Source of the DNA: Octopus sinensis
Lineage: Eukaryota
Assembly: GCF_006345805.1 (NCBI RefSeq)
Contig: NC_042998.1
Coordinates: 110,794,001 to 110,858,000, forward strand
Length of the DNA stretch: 64,000 nt
Reading direction: 5' to 3'
In this document: positions 36,141 to 51,903 of the stretch, one piece after another
Layout of the letters: every line of letters starts with the position of its first letter
Position numbering within the stretch: the stretch's first letter is position 1
Notes under the pieces: generated by a model
Database searches by the model: none
Told to the model about the DNA's origin: nothing
Seen by the model: only the letters and a program-made list of their open reading frames with translations
Position numbers and translations under genes: made by a program

Positions 36141-39100
36141 GGATGGGCCTCCAGCCAGGCCCTTCGCAATACTCTTAAAACCAAGAACCTTTTATCACAC
36201 CCTCGTATATCACCCAGGACGTTTTACTTGTGTATAAATACCTTTGCTAATATGAATTTTGGGCTCACCTATAACGTCATGGTTTGGGGTAATCTGGGCA
36301 ACGCCTGGATAGGAGCGATAAACTATTAGTATTTCAATTCATTTTAGTAAGATAAGGATTCATTCTACTGAAGGATGTACAAAAGTCGTAATTAAAGGGA
36401 AATTAATTGCCTTCTGTAACAATCATAGTATTAATGATCTTATGAGAAATATGAAAGGAGGTCATGCACTGTTGTAATGCTAGCGTTAGAGATCTAGAAC
36501 ATTTCCTCAGAGAAACCACTAGTGAGCAGGTCTTGATTATAGTAAAAGAAGTAATTAGTGAATTTATCTTTATTTGAGAAGTGATTGGAAATTTTAATGG
36601 AAGCACTATTAACAACACTACTTATGACTGATCTCCGATGTTTAGATTTAATATTAATATATTAATGGCATTCATTAGTTTTATGAAATAGAAAATATAT
36701 ATATGTCAATGTAATACTAAAGTAACGTCTAAGAAAGTAGTTAATTTAAAACTATTATCTAAGTTTACGGATAAAGAGAATTTACTGAAAAATTATCGAT
36801 TGATGTATATCAGATGTATATATGTGTATATTGATATATTTATATAAACACACGCACACGCATGCGCGCAAAAACAGACACACACATACAAACATACAAA
36901 AGGATAGATATAGATATTACAGATATATGTTCTGTGTAGATGTATGCGTATGTATATATGTATATGCATTTGAGAGTATTTGTAAGAATGCATCAGTAAA
37001 TTCATAGGCATACAACTAGAAAGAAATCGAAGATAAATTTATCTGATTATGACCGTAATCAGAAGAATCTTTTGTTCATTCTGTATTGTAAAATCTCTCA
37101 TTGTTTTTCATTAAACATTGAATGAAGCAGCTGAATTTCTCTACCCAAGATGGCGAACGGACATTAGGAAAATCACATTTCACATACACCATTAGAGTGA
37201 ATTATATTAGCTATTTCAATTACAACTTCAGAATTATTTTGAATTTCTTACTAATTCAATCTTTTTGTATATCTTCAACACACAAAAATTGGAATCGAGT
37301 ATCTTATCCATAACTGTTGATTTAGGAATTGTGATGAATCATATTTCATACAGATCTTCAAATTGAACAGTTACTAATTGATGTATCAATTCTATACTGT
37401 TTAATGGAATCCTATATCCTATCGGACAAGAATTGTTTTCTAAATATTCTGAAACTTAATCTAAATACAATTATAATCAATTCCTTTTCTTCTCAAGTAA
37501 AAGAAGATAGGTGTATTTTTTTTTTATATATTTTATATTTTGTCTTAAATTTTCATTAACTTTTACGACCTTCACTTTAAAATAATCAGCATTTTCCGTT
37601 TCCTAAAATATCTAAATATGCAGAAAATAAAGTAAATCTATTGTTTTAGATTAGTATAATTATTCGAAATGTATGCAAGTAACTGAACACCACTAAAGTG
37701 ACAACTGTATTTGATGCAATATTTTATTTATATACATACATGCATACATACATACACACACATACACACACACATATATATATATACATATAAATACATA
37801 TATATATGAATGTATACATACATATATATATGTTTGCATATGTATATATATATATAAAGAGAGAGAGAGAGAGATGTTTGTACGTGTGTGCGTGCGTGTG
37901 TGTGTATATGTGTGTACAAAAAGAGATAGTGAGAGAGTGAAAGAGTGAAATAACTAGATAAGGAGATTGATAAATACATATATAGATACTGCTTTTGACA
38001 AAGGGCAGGTTGTTAGAAATAATACTTTCAAACGCTTTTACATCCATGCATTAGAATCCTTGAAAACAAGGACTAGGATAAATTTAGCATGCCTTAATCA
38101 CTTCTCCAAAATATATTGCTTTCAAATTTTTGCACAAGGCCATCAATTCCACCGGAAGAGTGAATATGTCGATAACATCGACCCTAGTGCTCAACTGGTA
38201 ATTATTTTATCGACTATAATGAAAGGCAAACTCAACCTCAGCGGAATTTGATCTCAGAAGTTAAAGACGGACGAAATAGCTGCTAAGCTCGGTGCAATAA
38301 CGATTCAGCCAGCTCGCTGACATTCTTTTCCAGAATATATTATTAGTAAAATTAATAACAAATGCAACAACCGCAACAGCAAGCATAAACGCAGTAACAA
38401 TACCATTACAAATAACTGTATATAGGCAGATGATCAAGAATATTTGGAGTCAGTTAATTAAGGTGAACCCAGAAATTCTCGCGTACATTACTTTATCAAC
38501 TTCAGAGGCTGAATAGGCATGTTGACCTCACCCTAGGAGTCGGCACTTTCGTGTTCATGAGTTTATCTCGACCCAACAATACCTCCCCCATTTAACACAG
38601 CCATGTGAGGGATTTCTGAAATTTTCTCGAAGCAAAAGACCCCCAGAACACCAACCATTTGCTTTTCATCGAGGCCAACGCCCGTCACATCGATGAGTAT
38701 CGACCTACCTACAGAAATACGGCATGTATTTGTATGGAAGAGATAATCTTCGTACGTCAAAGATTGAATTGTGGCTTTGCACTCACTTTGGGTTTCCAGT
38801 ACTGGGGTCTCTTCAACGGTTTTCAGTTCTCCAAGTCACAGTCAAATTCAAGATGCATACACTTCGTTCATGTCAAAGATTTGTACAGAGATTCCAAATG
38901 ATTCTAGTCAATACATATATTTTCGGTGAAATGAGGTCATTCTTTTTGTTGTTGTTGTTGTTGTTGTTCTCGTTTCTATCGCTATCTGTTCAATCGCCAT
39001 TTTTGTTAGGACAGTTGCTTTGGCTTAAGATGGATAAGGCAGCGCTAAGGTTGCAATTTGCGTACTATTTCTTTCCATATTTTTAAATGGGTAGTTTCCA

Positions 39101-39439
39101 GAAATGATTTATTACTGTCCACAATGGTGGTACGTCACCTAGTGGTAAAAATATTGCACTTCTGATCGCCAGATCGCGGGTTAGATTCGAGTACAGGTGG
39201 CGTGTTGTGTCCTTGAGCAAAACCTTGCATTTTACGTTGCTCTAGGGTCATGTAGAAGCGTCATGTCAAAGAATATGTGAAACGTTTCATCAGCGTGTTA
39301 TTAGAAGCCACTAAATCATCCGGTGATAAGATCTGCACTCCCACATCGTAAAAACATCACCAAGAAAGACTACGTCAGAGGGTTGTCACCTGAGTGATGT
39401 AAAGGTTTCATCTGCCAGGAAGTGAGATTCGATAACAAA

Positions 39440-41312
39440 TGGTGGATGCAATAACGCGCTGTTACAACGCATGGACGCATTGTACTACTACTACTGTCAC
39501 AAAGAGGTACAAATCATAAGAGCATCTGAGGGAACTGCATCTGATATGCAATAAAATTACAATAATAATCCTTTCTGCTAGCGATTGCTTGGAAAAAAGT
39601 ATGGCGAATTGGAGGACGGATCTGACAGCGTACGGAATAAGTTTAGGGACAGTAGAAATTAGGAGGGGCATCTTCCAAATGGACTGTCTGTCCCCACTGA
39701 TCTTTGTACTGTTATTGATACTAAGGGAAGCAAAGTCTGGGTATGCATTCAAAATCCGCCAACAATAAGCCAACCACTACTTCTTCATTCACGACCTCTG
39801 AATTTATGGTAAAGATGAATCGCAAGTTAATTTCCTCGTTGATACGGTGTATACCTTCAGTGCGGGTATCAGAATGGAGTTCGGACTGAGAAAGTGTGGT
39901 GTGTTAGTCTTGAAGAGAGGCAAAATCAAATGTATGGACGAGCTAACGATATCGTCGGGGGAGATTATGAAGCAGATAGAAGAGACGGGCTATAAGTACT
40001 TGGGGATTTTGGAAATGGATAAATTGATTGAGAAAGTAATGACAGAATAATTTAAGGTGGAGTACTTGTGCAGACTGAGACTTATCCTGAAGTCGAAATT
40101 AAATGGCGGGAATAAGATCGAAGCTATCAACACCTGGGCGATTTCACTACTTAGATATTGAGCATGGGTAATCGCATGGACAGTAAACGAACTAAACAAC
40201 TTATACAGAAAGACAAGGAAGTTGCTAACTAGATAAGGGTCACTCCACCCAAAATGTGACACAGACAGATTGTATGTACCAAGAAAAAGAGGGGGAAGAG
40301 GAATTATTGGATGCGAACACCGCATTAGAGCAGAAGAAAACAACATAGCATGGTATGTAAAAATGCCACAGAACCGCTATTATTAGAAGTAGGAAGGTCA
40401 GGCTTGTGTAGGATGAAAGATTGCAAAGATAAAGCACTATACAAGAAACTAAAAACGAATGAAACTGAAAATAGATGGGTAGAGAAAAGAATGCATGGTC
40501 AATTTCATAGGGATGCTGAAGGTAAGACAGACAGAGAAAAAAGATATTAGTGGATGACTAAAAGTGATTTAAAATCGGAAACGGGGTCTGTGACTTATCT
40601 GTGCTGCCCAACTGCAAGCGCTAAGAACAAACTACATAAACTACAGAGTAGACAACACATCAGAAAGTGATAAGTGCAGAATTTGTGGACAAAACGGTGA
40701 AACCGTATGGCACATTACCAGCCAATGTACGCCGCTAGCCCAGAAGGAATATAAGAGACAATATAGCCAGGCTTGTCCATTGGACACTCTGCAGCAAGTA
40801 AGGCCTTGACAGAAAGACAAAATTGGTACGACCACAAATCTGAAGGCATAATCGAAAATAGAAATGTAAGGATCCTATGGGATTTTATGATTGAGTGGGA
40901 GCATGAGATAGAGAATAGGAAGCCGGACATATTCTTAATTCACAAAGGAAAGAAAATTTGCTGGATCATAGATATAGCATGCCCAGCTGACAAAAAAGGT
41001 ATGCGAAGAGGAAGAAAGAAGAGTCGAGAGATATGACAGGTTAGCTTTGAAAGTTAAGTAGTTGTGGTCGATGAAAAAGGTAGTAGTAATAACAATAATT
41101 GTCGGAGCCCTGGGAACAGTGAGCAAAATTCTCGAGACGTACATAGAACAAATAGGGGCTGCAATAAGGGTGGAGCACTTGCATAAAACAGCACGGCGTG
41201 GAACCGCTCGAATACCCCGCAAGGTGTTCGGAAAAATAATAAGTTTTACTTTAGTTCACTTGTAGTGAACAGCTGACACTGTAGTACATCTCCAGCGTTA
41301 GAAGCCGTGCAA
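39440..41312 (+). mobile_element. Degenerate R4/Dong-clade LINE (RT, CCHC finger, RLE endonuclease)
   Basis: IFQMDCLSPLIF, MEFGLRKC, YKYLGI, RLYVPRKRGGRG, CRICGQNGETVWHITSQC, ILWDFMI...NRKPDI...IIDIACP, IIVGALG; many stops and frameshifts; followed by (GAA)n. Confidence 0.92.
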
Positions 41313-41315
41313 AGG

Positions 41316-41316
41316 T

Positions 41317-41350
<34 letters not shown>

Positions 41351-41373
41351 AGAAGAAGAAGAAGAAGAAGAAG

Positions 41374-41405
<32 letters not shown>

Positions 41406-41459
41406 GAAGAAGAAGAAGAAGAAGAAGAGAAGAAGAAGAAGAAGAAGAAGAAGAAGAAG

Positions 41460-41490
<31 letters not shown>
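41316..41490. repeat. (GAA)n tract at the LINE 3' end
   Basis: Directly visible. Confidence 0.97.
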
Positions 41491-41491
<1 letters not shown>

Positions 41492-41494
41492 GCT

Positions 41495-42020
41495 GCCATG
41501 GCTCCTGATCTTAATTGATTGGAAGTGTTATCATGTCATTGTTTTGTATTGATATACAAGATGGGCTATAACAAATATTCTGCTCAATACCTCAGATTTG
41601 CTTGTCAGTTGCTTGACCATAAACAGTCGAGCATATTCCTATGTGGCTGACGATATGCGCATCTCTGATTACAAGCAGAAATAGTGGGGGAGCAGCATAG
41701 CCGTGTGTTGAGTAGAGTTCTTCGGGGTTTGGATAATTAAGTTCTGGAAACATGTGTGTATTGTTTAACATCCTTAAACAACCCTTATTCAGGGACCTTT
41801 TGAGTAGCATGGGCTACTCGACCTGAAGAAAATTGTAACTAGTCACCACCTGCAAGATCATGCACTGTTTATCTTGATATGAGATCACCATGTCGCGCAC
41901 ATATGGTTGTAATGCATGTTCCTGATATACCCTTATGAGAAGGGTAGTCATGATGGGTATACTGGGCTTCGTATATTTTACCACCATGTCACTTTGATGT
42001 TATGCACTGCTCTTTCACTC

Positions 42021-42052
<32 letters not shown>
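41495..42052 (+). mobile_element. Non-coding about 540-bp retro-element ending in (TAA)n; fuller copy at 44789-45395
   Basis: Two diverged copies share catggct.ctgatcttaa...ctctcactcaata; the same 3' end recurs at 42775-42860 and 43270-43355. Confidence 0.8.
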
Positions 42053-42054
<2 letters not shown>

Positions 42055-42269
42055 GCTTCAAATTTCTCCACAAGGGCAGCCATTTTGAAGGAGGGCATAA
42101 GTCGGTTACATCGACCGCAGTGTTTCACTGGTACTGAATTTATCAAGCTTGAAAGGATGTAAGGGAGAGTCGGACACGGTGGAACTTGAACTCCGAACGG
42201 AGCGATGGGCGACCTGCCACTATTTCGTCCAGCGTACTAACGATTCTGCCACTCGCCGTCTTTATTAAA

Positions 42270-43407
<1,138 letters not shown>

Positions 43408-43409
<2 letters not shown>

Positions 43410-44640
43410 GAAAATATAAATCATCTCATTTACATGGATGATTAAAAGCTCTTTCAAGAAAATGACCAACTTAAGGGCTTACTAGCGATTGTTAAACAAT
43501 TCAGTGATGACATCACAACGTTAACCTTGACCAGCAGAATGTCATAAAAGAGTTAGATCCAGTGGAGAGCTACAACTACCTATGGGTAATTGAAGAGAAC
43601 GGAATAAGGCATTCAATGATGAAGGAAATGATCAGCAGAAAATGTTATCGCATAGTAAGAGCAATACTCAAGACAGGATCGAAGCGATCAATGCTTTAGC
43701 CACACCAGTCGTGACTTACAGTTTCAATATCGTTAACTGATCACTTACTGAAATATGTAATCTTGACAGAAAAATACGAAAACTGTTGACAATGCATAAA
43801 ATGCCCCACCCTAAGGCAAATATAGAACGATATTATCTGGCAAGAAAAGAGGGAGGCCGTTGACTTTTACAACTGGCAATAACAATGAAGATTGCCACAA
43901 TTGGCCTAGACACCTCCCTGAAAAACTTGTCTCAAAACATGAAAACAAGAAAGCATCATACTCTGTAACAAAACAGACAAAGTAATATGTAAGTGAATTT
44001 CGAATACAAATTTCGGAATTAGACATACAAGAAAGAAGCGCAAGAAAAAGCTAAGCGCATGAAAACCCGTGCTAAAACTGCTGCTTTAGATATTCTGATT
44101 GATAAATGGCAAGAAAAACCTCTCAATGGCGAATACCCAAAGAGTGCGAATAATGCCGATGTTGACAAAGCCCTGACCCAGCAATGGATAATAGCCTGTG
44201 GCTTAAAATCTGAAGCAGAAGGGTTTATCATAGCAGCACATGAACGGAGCAAATATAAAGGTCTTGAAATAAAAATTAGCAAAATGTGGAACCTGAAGAC
44301 TAAAACAAGGTGACCTGGGACTGATAGCAAAAGGAGCTGATTGCTACCTAGCTCAGATACCAGGAAACCCCAAAATGGCAGAAATTCAAAAGATAGTGCT
44401 CATTGGAACTGCACATATCCTACGCAAAATACTTTCTATGTAATCTCAAGTTTTAAAACAAACATACTTTTCTTATGGTTTCTTAAACATCCACTAGTAC
44501 AACACTAAGTACAAAACCAATTATATGGCACCCTAGGCATAACACCAACATAATCTTACAACTTGTCTCTTGAGGTCTCTGGGTGAGACTTGGAGCCAAC
44601 TTGTACAAATGTAAAGCAAAAGTCAAACATATAAAAATAA
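43408..44640 (+). mobile_element. Internally deleted R4/Dong LINE inserted in (TAA)n
   Basis: INHLIYMDD, RYYLARKEGGR, LKSEAEGFIIAA, IQKIVLIGTAHILRKILSM*; TAA tract upstream and TAA/TAG tract downstream. Confidence 0.85.
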
Positions 44641-44652
44641 TAATAATGATAA

Positions 44653-44780
<128 letters not shown>

Positions 44781-44788
44781 ATTAAAAC

Positions 44789-45364
44789 ATGCCCTGATGC
44801 AGTACCAGACAATGGTACTCATGGCTTCTGATCTTAACTGATTCGAAGTGTTATCATGTACTTTGTTTTGTCTTGGTATAAAAGATGGGCTATAGCAAAT
44901 ATTCTGCTCAATACCACAGATTTGCTTGTCAGTTGTTTGACCATAACCATTTGAGCATGTCCCTTAGAGGCTGACGATATGTGCATCTCTGATCACGAGC
45001 AGAAGTAATGGGGGAGCATCATAGCCATGTGTTGAGAGGAGTTCTTTGGGGTTTGAATAATTCACATCTGGTAACATGGGTGTTTCGTTCAACATCCTCA
45101 AACAACTCTTATTAAGGGACCTTTTGAGCGGGATGGGTTACTCGACCAGAAGAAAATTCTAACTGGGCCCCACCTGCAAGGTCATGCGCTGTTTATCTTG
45201 ATATGAGATCACCATGTCGCTCACATTTGGTTGTGATGCATGTGCCTGGTGTACCCTTATCAGACGGGTAGTCATGATGGGTATACTGGGCTTTGTATAT
45301 TTTACCACAGAATCACTTTGATGGCATGCACTGCTTTCTCACTCAATACTACTACTACTACTAC

Positions 45365-45395
<31 letters not shown>
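44789..45395 (+). mobile_element. Second copy of the TAA-tailed non-coding retro-element
   Basis: Homologous to 41495-42052; flanked by TAG and TAC/TAA tracts. Confidence 0.8.
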
Positions 45396-45396
<1 letters not shown>

Positions 45397-45446
45397 TTGG
45401 TGGTGCTAGTGGTGGTGGTGGTGACGACGACGACAACGACGACGAC

Positions 45447-45480
<34 letters not shown>

Positions 45481-47786
45481 TTGACGACGACGACGACGAT
45501 GATGATCGCGGGGGAGACAATCATAATTTAGCTTTGTTGTTTTTCTAATTGATTTCTAAGGATAGAAACAATACTTGTGTTTTATTTACTCGACATTATT
45601 GATCTCTTTGTTCATTAATTTGTATAATTGTTATACATAATAAACGGAAACAAGTCACCACAGACGCCTTCTCTGTTGACTCGTCTGTTCATTTATCTCG
45701 AATACCATTTGATCTTCATCAAGAGAATAGCGAAAAATTATTCCACTATTCTCTTTTCGCATCTCAAAACTTCCTTCACCCTCTTTGCCTCACTCGTTCC
45801 TTTCGTATCTCTCTATTGAAATCAGCATTTATTTATGCATCTGTGTATCACTATTTATTTTTCGACTGTTTTACACGTATACTCAGTAGGGAAGATTAAT
45901 ACAAATATATTAAAATTCAAATATAGCAAATGTTTTCTTCGATTGCATAACCTTAAACTTTTCCTACAGCAGTTCCGGTTATCTTCATTTTCATAAATGA
46001 AATCTTTACTCATTGCTCGGATTATAGAATCTATTGCAGTTGAGAGCTCATTTCCGAATAGTAATTTTGGATGTTGAAATCTACATTTATTATAAGTGTT
46101 GCCGAATCTCGATCGGTAAAAGTCATTCTTAGTTTAATAGCTATTCTTAATACATAATTTTCAGAAAAGTGTGTCCTATCATTGATTCTTTTGTGTGTAC
46201 ATTCCAGTAGAAACCATATCTTAATATCCTAGAAATATTGGTAATTTTACATTTGTATCTCCTGATTGTAATGCTTGTACAAATTGAATAATTACAACAT
46301 TCAAATTGCTGCATCCGAATTCTACTGCCTGCAGTTATAGCAATAACATTTATTTCATAGTTTATTGGTATATCTATAACATCAGGCATTCTTTCTATTA
46401 CATGGAAGCCTTGAGTGACGAAATCCCAAATGGCTTTGATGTCCTTAAGTATGATTTACCTATACTACTGACGTTCATATTATTTCAATGCATTATTTTA
46501 TACCTTCTACATAATTCATAATAGATTATTTATGCCATAACGTCATGCATTATACTTTACTTCTGATTCTGTGCGTTAGAAGGTGTATACTTTTACTGTG
46601 TTTCCAAACATATTTAGTAGTGATAGAGCGATTATATTAGTATCAAATTATTATGTCAATTGTCCTCAGAGCAAGGACTGCTGCAAGTAGTGTAGTTTTA
46701 ATCTAATAACAGAAGTGATATAACCAAGATATATTTACTAAAAGTTGTTCTATGCAGTTTCTTATCAGTCTCCGACCACATATATTTACTCCAGATTATG
46801 GACACTTTCCCCAGTATCTTCACCGTTTTTGTGTATGTTTATATCACCTCGGAACTCTGTAGAGGACGTAGGTTCGCTGATCAGATTTTGAAGAAGAAAG
46901 TAACACGGTCTATTCAGTGAAAAGTATAAATGAATGTTGCCATAAAAAGGTGGTGATTTAAACATTTAAGACTTTTGTGATTATATTTCAAAGTATTCAA
47001 ATGATACAAGCATAACAATGGACAAGCATGACAGTTTTAAAATGGAACATAAACAGAAATATTTTTATGAAAGACTCGATAAAAGGGAGCTATCTTGTTA
47101 CAGCCACAAAATACTATGTAAACTACATTTATGAAACAATCACTTAGTTACTCATATTAGTTTTGGAAATGTTTCAGGGTAAAGCAAATTTTATCTTCAT
47201 TTTATCTTCATTTTAATTTAAAACAATCAAAAGATATGATTTGCGAAAAATATCCAGAAGTAAATTACTTAATGACGCATTCGAAAGAACTTAATGACGC
47301 ATTCGAAAGAACTTAGTTGTATGAATATGCGCTCACCGAATGATCTAATGATCTTAATAGACTGTAGCAGGCCTAAGGCACACTACGCAAGAACATTTCA
47401 TCAACATACATAGAGAGTAACACTTTGATGTGTGGTACCTATAAAAAGCATATAAAATACTCAAAATCCGCCGTTTGATCCTGTTAACTTAGTAATATTG
47501 CACACAACAACGAAATCTATCAAAGATCGTTTAGATGTAATTATTTATAAACTATCAGAAAACGTTTATCGATGGCTTTTAATTTATTTTACAAAATATC
47601 CAATTCATATGCAGTGAATTAACCTACTGACAAAAATCGAACTCATGAACGGGACTTACAGTTGCACTATGATAATCTACATGATAAATATGTATATCAA
47701 TATTAAATTATATATAACACGTACGTAAATGTTGAAGATTTTGTGTTGTTTTAAAATTAGCAGAGATTACTAGAAAATATATATAT

Positions 47787-48674
47787 ACGTGGTCTGTTCA
47801 ATAAGTATAAGGACTGTTGACATAGTAACGAAGCTGAAGCATGCAGAGTGAAGCCACTTAGCACAGATTGACCTTGAACACTGCTGTGCATGCGCACTAA
47901 GTTTTAATGTTCTTGTTTACATCCGACGTTTAGAGCAGTGCTTGGAAAGATGTGTAGCGTGTGATCGTCGCATTGACCATGACAGAGAAAGTTAAGCAGA
48001 AAATCTGCATAATTTTTGCCAAAAGCTTGGCAATACCTGCTCAGAGGCCTACGCGAAGTTTTCAAAAATGTTCATGGTTCTCGACACAATTAAGGAGATC
48101 TTGTACAACTGAAACCCGAGTGTCTCTTTCATTAGCTGATAGCAGCTTTTGCGCAAACTCGGCAGACTAGCGTTTCATACCCAAATCTTCAGTGATAATA
48201 GCCTGAACTGAACCGTAACTAATCTGCACATCCTCTGATAACTCACGGATTCGACGATTTCCCATCACAGAGGCACGCACATCTGCGATGCTTCTCTCAG
48301 TTCTGCTGGTTGCTGGTCTCCCAGAACGTTCGTCAATATCGACATTTTTACAGCCATCTTGGAAACGTCTGAACGACTCGTACATGTGTGTGCGACTCAT
48401 ACACTCCTCTCCATAACCCTTCTCCAACATTGCGTAGGCCTCTGAGCAGGTATCGCCATGACAACTTTCTCTGTCATGGTCAATGTGACGATCACAAGCT
48501 ACAAACCTTCCTTCCAAGCACTGCCGTAAACAGCGGAAGTGAGCTAGAACGTTAAAATTTAGAGCGCATACACAGCAGAGTTGAAGGTCAAATTTTGCTA
48601 AACAGCTTCTCTCTGCGTGTTTTAGCTTTGTTACTACAGCTACAGTTCTGATACTTGTTGATAAAACTTCGTAT
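47787..48674. mobile_element. Mariner-derived foldback element built from two inverted 5' ends, with a partial transposase HTH (48167-48460, minus)
   Basis: TA-flanked termini; 47787-48055 is roughly the reverse complement of 48420-48674; SEAYAMLEKGYGEECMSRTHMYESFRRFQDG...DERSGRP. Confidence 0.85.
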
Positions 48675-48689
48675 ATACATAGATTAGGT

Positions 48690-49240
48690 CACTATACCGA
48701 TTTAAACTATGTGAGTCAATATTGTTTGTTTGCTAACACCAAATAACAACGATAATTCACCTGAGGAAAACCAAAGCATGTTCGGTTGGAAGGTTGCTTG
48801 AGTTTGTTCAAAAGCCTCGTAGCGTGGTCTTTCCCCATGCCCTTGATGGCTTGGGATAAAAATTGGCCCCTTTTCAACTTGTATGAGGAACACCTAATAT
48901 CTTTATGCGCTACCTGCTTGATAAGAAACTCAAGCGCTTCAATGTCCCTCACGAAAGACCTGATTGACGTGGAGGGATCGTTGTCAATCATTGCCTGGAT
49001 CCCATTAACGAAATCAGGAGTTCTTTTCTTATCAGGATGATCAGAGTTAAATTTCTTATCAGAATGATCAGAGTGCTGTTTCTATGCACTGTCCTCAGAT
49101 TCATATTCAAACACTGAGATGTTTGGATTGGAGCCTCTGGTGCGAATGCCAAGCAGTACAGCATGTCGTTTTCAAATTTCTGTGAGAATTTTTCCAAATT
49201 TCTGTTGCTGTTTTTCTCACAGATATGGTGCCAAACTGAC
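48690..49240 (-). mobile_element. Degenerate Tc1/mariner-superfamily transposase N-terminal fragment
   Basis: MIDNDPSTSIRSFVRDI...IKQVAHKDIRCSSYKLKRGQFLS, an HTH region. Confidence 0.65.
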
Positions 49241-49279
49241 CCTAATATATTGCGTATATATGGAAATGGATGGATAGTT

Positions 49280-49424
<145 letters not shown>

Positions 49425-49585
49425 TACATGTGTGTATTCATCATGTTTGATGAAACCGTGTTGACCAATCGACTTACGAGTTTTAATATTGAAACAACTC
49501 GTCGCCTTAACTTATATTCGAAGTCATTATATATAATATTTAGTGAAAACGAAGGGTAAGGAAATTAGGCTTCTAAAATTCAGTA

Positions 49586-50380
49586 ATGGAATGAAGAAAT
49601 ATATTTGTTCAGCAAGGTACAAAATGTAATATGAAGACAGTAACTGTCCAGCTGTTGAGATGTAAGAGAAGGAAACAGGAAAATGTTCAAAGAAAGTGAA
49701 GAGAATTTGAGCCATGCATGGATTAATATAAGACAGGCAGTTATATCAATCTAATTATTATCATTTTTGTATGTAATTTCCATACATCGAATAAGCTGAC
49801 ATACCAACTTTTGGTTATTCCAGACTGAAAGAAATTAGTGTAACGGCGCATTGAACAGAGCGTACTAAACACTACTTGTCATGGCTGACTAGTTTGCAGA
49901 ATACTGTCGGGACGTGAACACAATTTGGAAAGTCGGTGTACAAGAAAGTTTTGCGGTAAACTGGGCAAAACGCTACAGACATATCTGAAATAATCCTGAC
50001 TACTTATGGATTAACTTGTTTTTGAAGAGCATCATTCGTTGCCAAAAGAGGCCAGGCAAATCAAATCTACTGTAAAGTTCAAGTTGATTCCGTTTCAGCA
50101 ATGGCATCTTCTACATACAGTAGATTCCTTCTCTCCATTGTGGAGGGTTTCATGGAGTTCAGAAAGAGATTGGCCTCTTTATGAATGAAGAAATATAATT
50201 GTTCAACAAGGTACTAAGCGTAATATGAAGAGAGTAACTGTGCAGCTGTTGAGATGCAAGAGAGAGAGAGAAACCGGAAAATGTACAAAGAAAGTGAAGA
50301 GAATTTGAGTAATGCATGGATAAATATAAGGCAGGCAGTTTTATCTATCTAATTATTATAATTTTTGTATGTGATTTCCA
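49586..50380 (+). repeat. Diverged about 200-bp direct repeats (49586-49782 and 50181-50380) around a 400-bp spacer
   Basis: Both run from gaatgaagaaatata to tttttgtatgt.atttcca. Confidence 0.85.
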
Positions 50381-50912
50381 GCACAATGTACTAGACCACT
50401 TTTCCATCCTGGTAACCAACTACTTCTCAGAGTAGAACATCATAACAGTCCTGTTTCTTCTGAAAGGTCCAGACCTTCATCTCGCTGACTTTCTGTTGCT
50501 CAAGGACAGTCATTTTGAAAACACTGAGAAGATGAATGAGGTTGTGACAAGAGTCCTAGTCACCTTCACCTTCATAGAGCGTTGACATAACGGTTGAAAC
50601 GTTACTATAACTGCACTGAAGTCAGAAGCAGTTAAATGTTTTGTACTTTTTCGAAACTAATGTTTCTGCTGAAAAAAGTCAGGTAACTAAAATAACGGAA
50701 GAAAAATAGATAGAAGGAAATTGATAACGAAAGAAGCATATTAGTATGCTATAAATGAATTACTACGAAGGGAGACATGCATTTGGGCCGGGGGTGGGGG
50801 GGTGAATTGAACAGAGACATCATAGTCGCTGTCAATTTTTTCTTAAAATCAAAACATGCCTAGAGGCAAGCACATGCATACATACATATATGCATACATA
50901 CATACATGCATT

Positions 50913-50943
<31 letters not shown>

Positions 50944-50944
50944 C

Positions 50945-51870
50945 CACACGGTTGGGCATGTGGCATGCAGAGTGCTATCAGGCACTCGTGCTTCTCTCCC
51001 AGTCGGGCAACGCCGGTGGCGGGGCTACTACCGCGTTCTTCTATAGAGGGTTAGTAGAGTTTAAGTGTGACGACGTCCTAGGAGAAACTCTGGGCTTCGA
51101 CGGAAATCAACTGGCCAGCCTGTTCCAAAGAACATTCGGTCCGGGGCCTATGGATAATTACCAAAAGTCCCTGGCCTGGCAATGTTACAGAGGAGCTTTA
51201 CCGGTTCGAGATAAGCTCTTTAGACATGGGTGTGCACCTTCGCCGGTTTGTGCAAGATGTAAGAGGGACAGTGAAACTGTCCTGCACGCGATTGTGCAAT
51301 GCCCCAAGGTGACTGAACTCTAGACTTATGTCGAACACCTGCTGTCGCATTCGAGAAGAGTACAACTGTCGAGCGAATCTGTAATTAAGATAGTTCCGCC
51401 GACCTTCCTGAATAGGGAGGAGCGAGCCTGTTTTCTTTCGGTAGTTGCTATGGCGAAAGAAGTAGTGTGGAAGACGAGAGTAAAAGGAATTGCAACAGGC
51501 ATGTTTATCTCCAGTCTCGAGCTAATCGACTTTTTCGTTTTCCACATGAAACGGAAAATAAGGCTGGAGAAGAAATGCCTGTCGCAAAGTGTGTTTCGTA
51601 AAAGATGGAAGTCTATAGCAAGTATGTTGCGAGTGAAAGAACCTATTTAATCAAGAATGTAAAAAAGGATAAAGCAAAGTCTTCAGTGTGAGTATGTGGT
51701 TTGTGGGGGTCGACCGCGTCCTCCGCTTCATTTTTTGTTAATCACTCATTCTCATTTAATTGTATATATATTAATTGTTTGTTTATTCATGTTTCGTCTG
51801 ATTCGATACCCTGACCCCAACGTTTGTTTTGTCCCCTCTTTTTCTCAACCTTATGGTGAATAAAGAAATA

Positions 51871-51871
<1 letters not shown>
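50945..51871 (+). mobile_element. 3' end of an L1/Tx1-type LINE (zf-RVT CCHC domain), with AATAAA before (TC)n
   Basis: LAWQCYRGALPVRDKLFRHG...CARCKRDSETVLHAIVQCP, one in-frame stop at 51321, AKEVVWKTR; an older relative is likely at about 29080-29330. Confidence 0.88.

Positions 51872-51903
<32 letters not shown>

Noticed and set aside
46150-46520. Hydrophobic ORFs after an AG acceptor-like site
   Set aside because: Frequent stops; hydrophobicity is expected from AT-rich codons.
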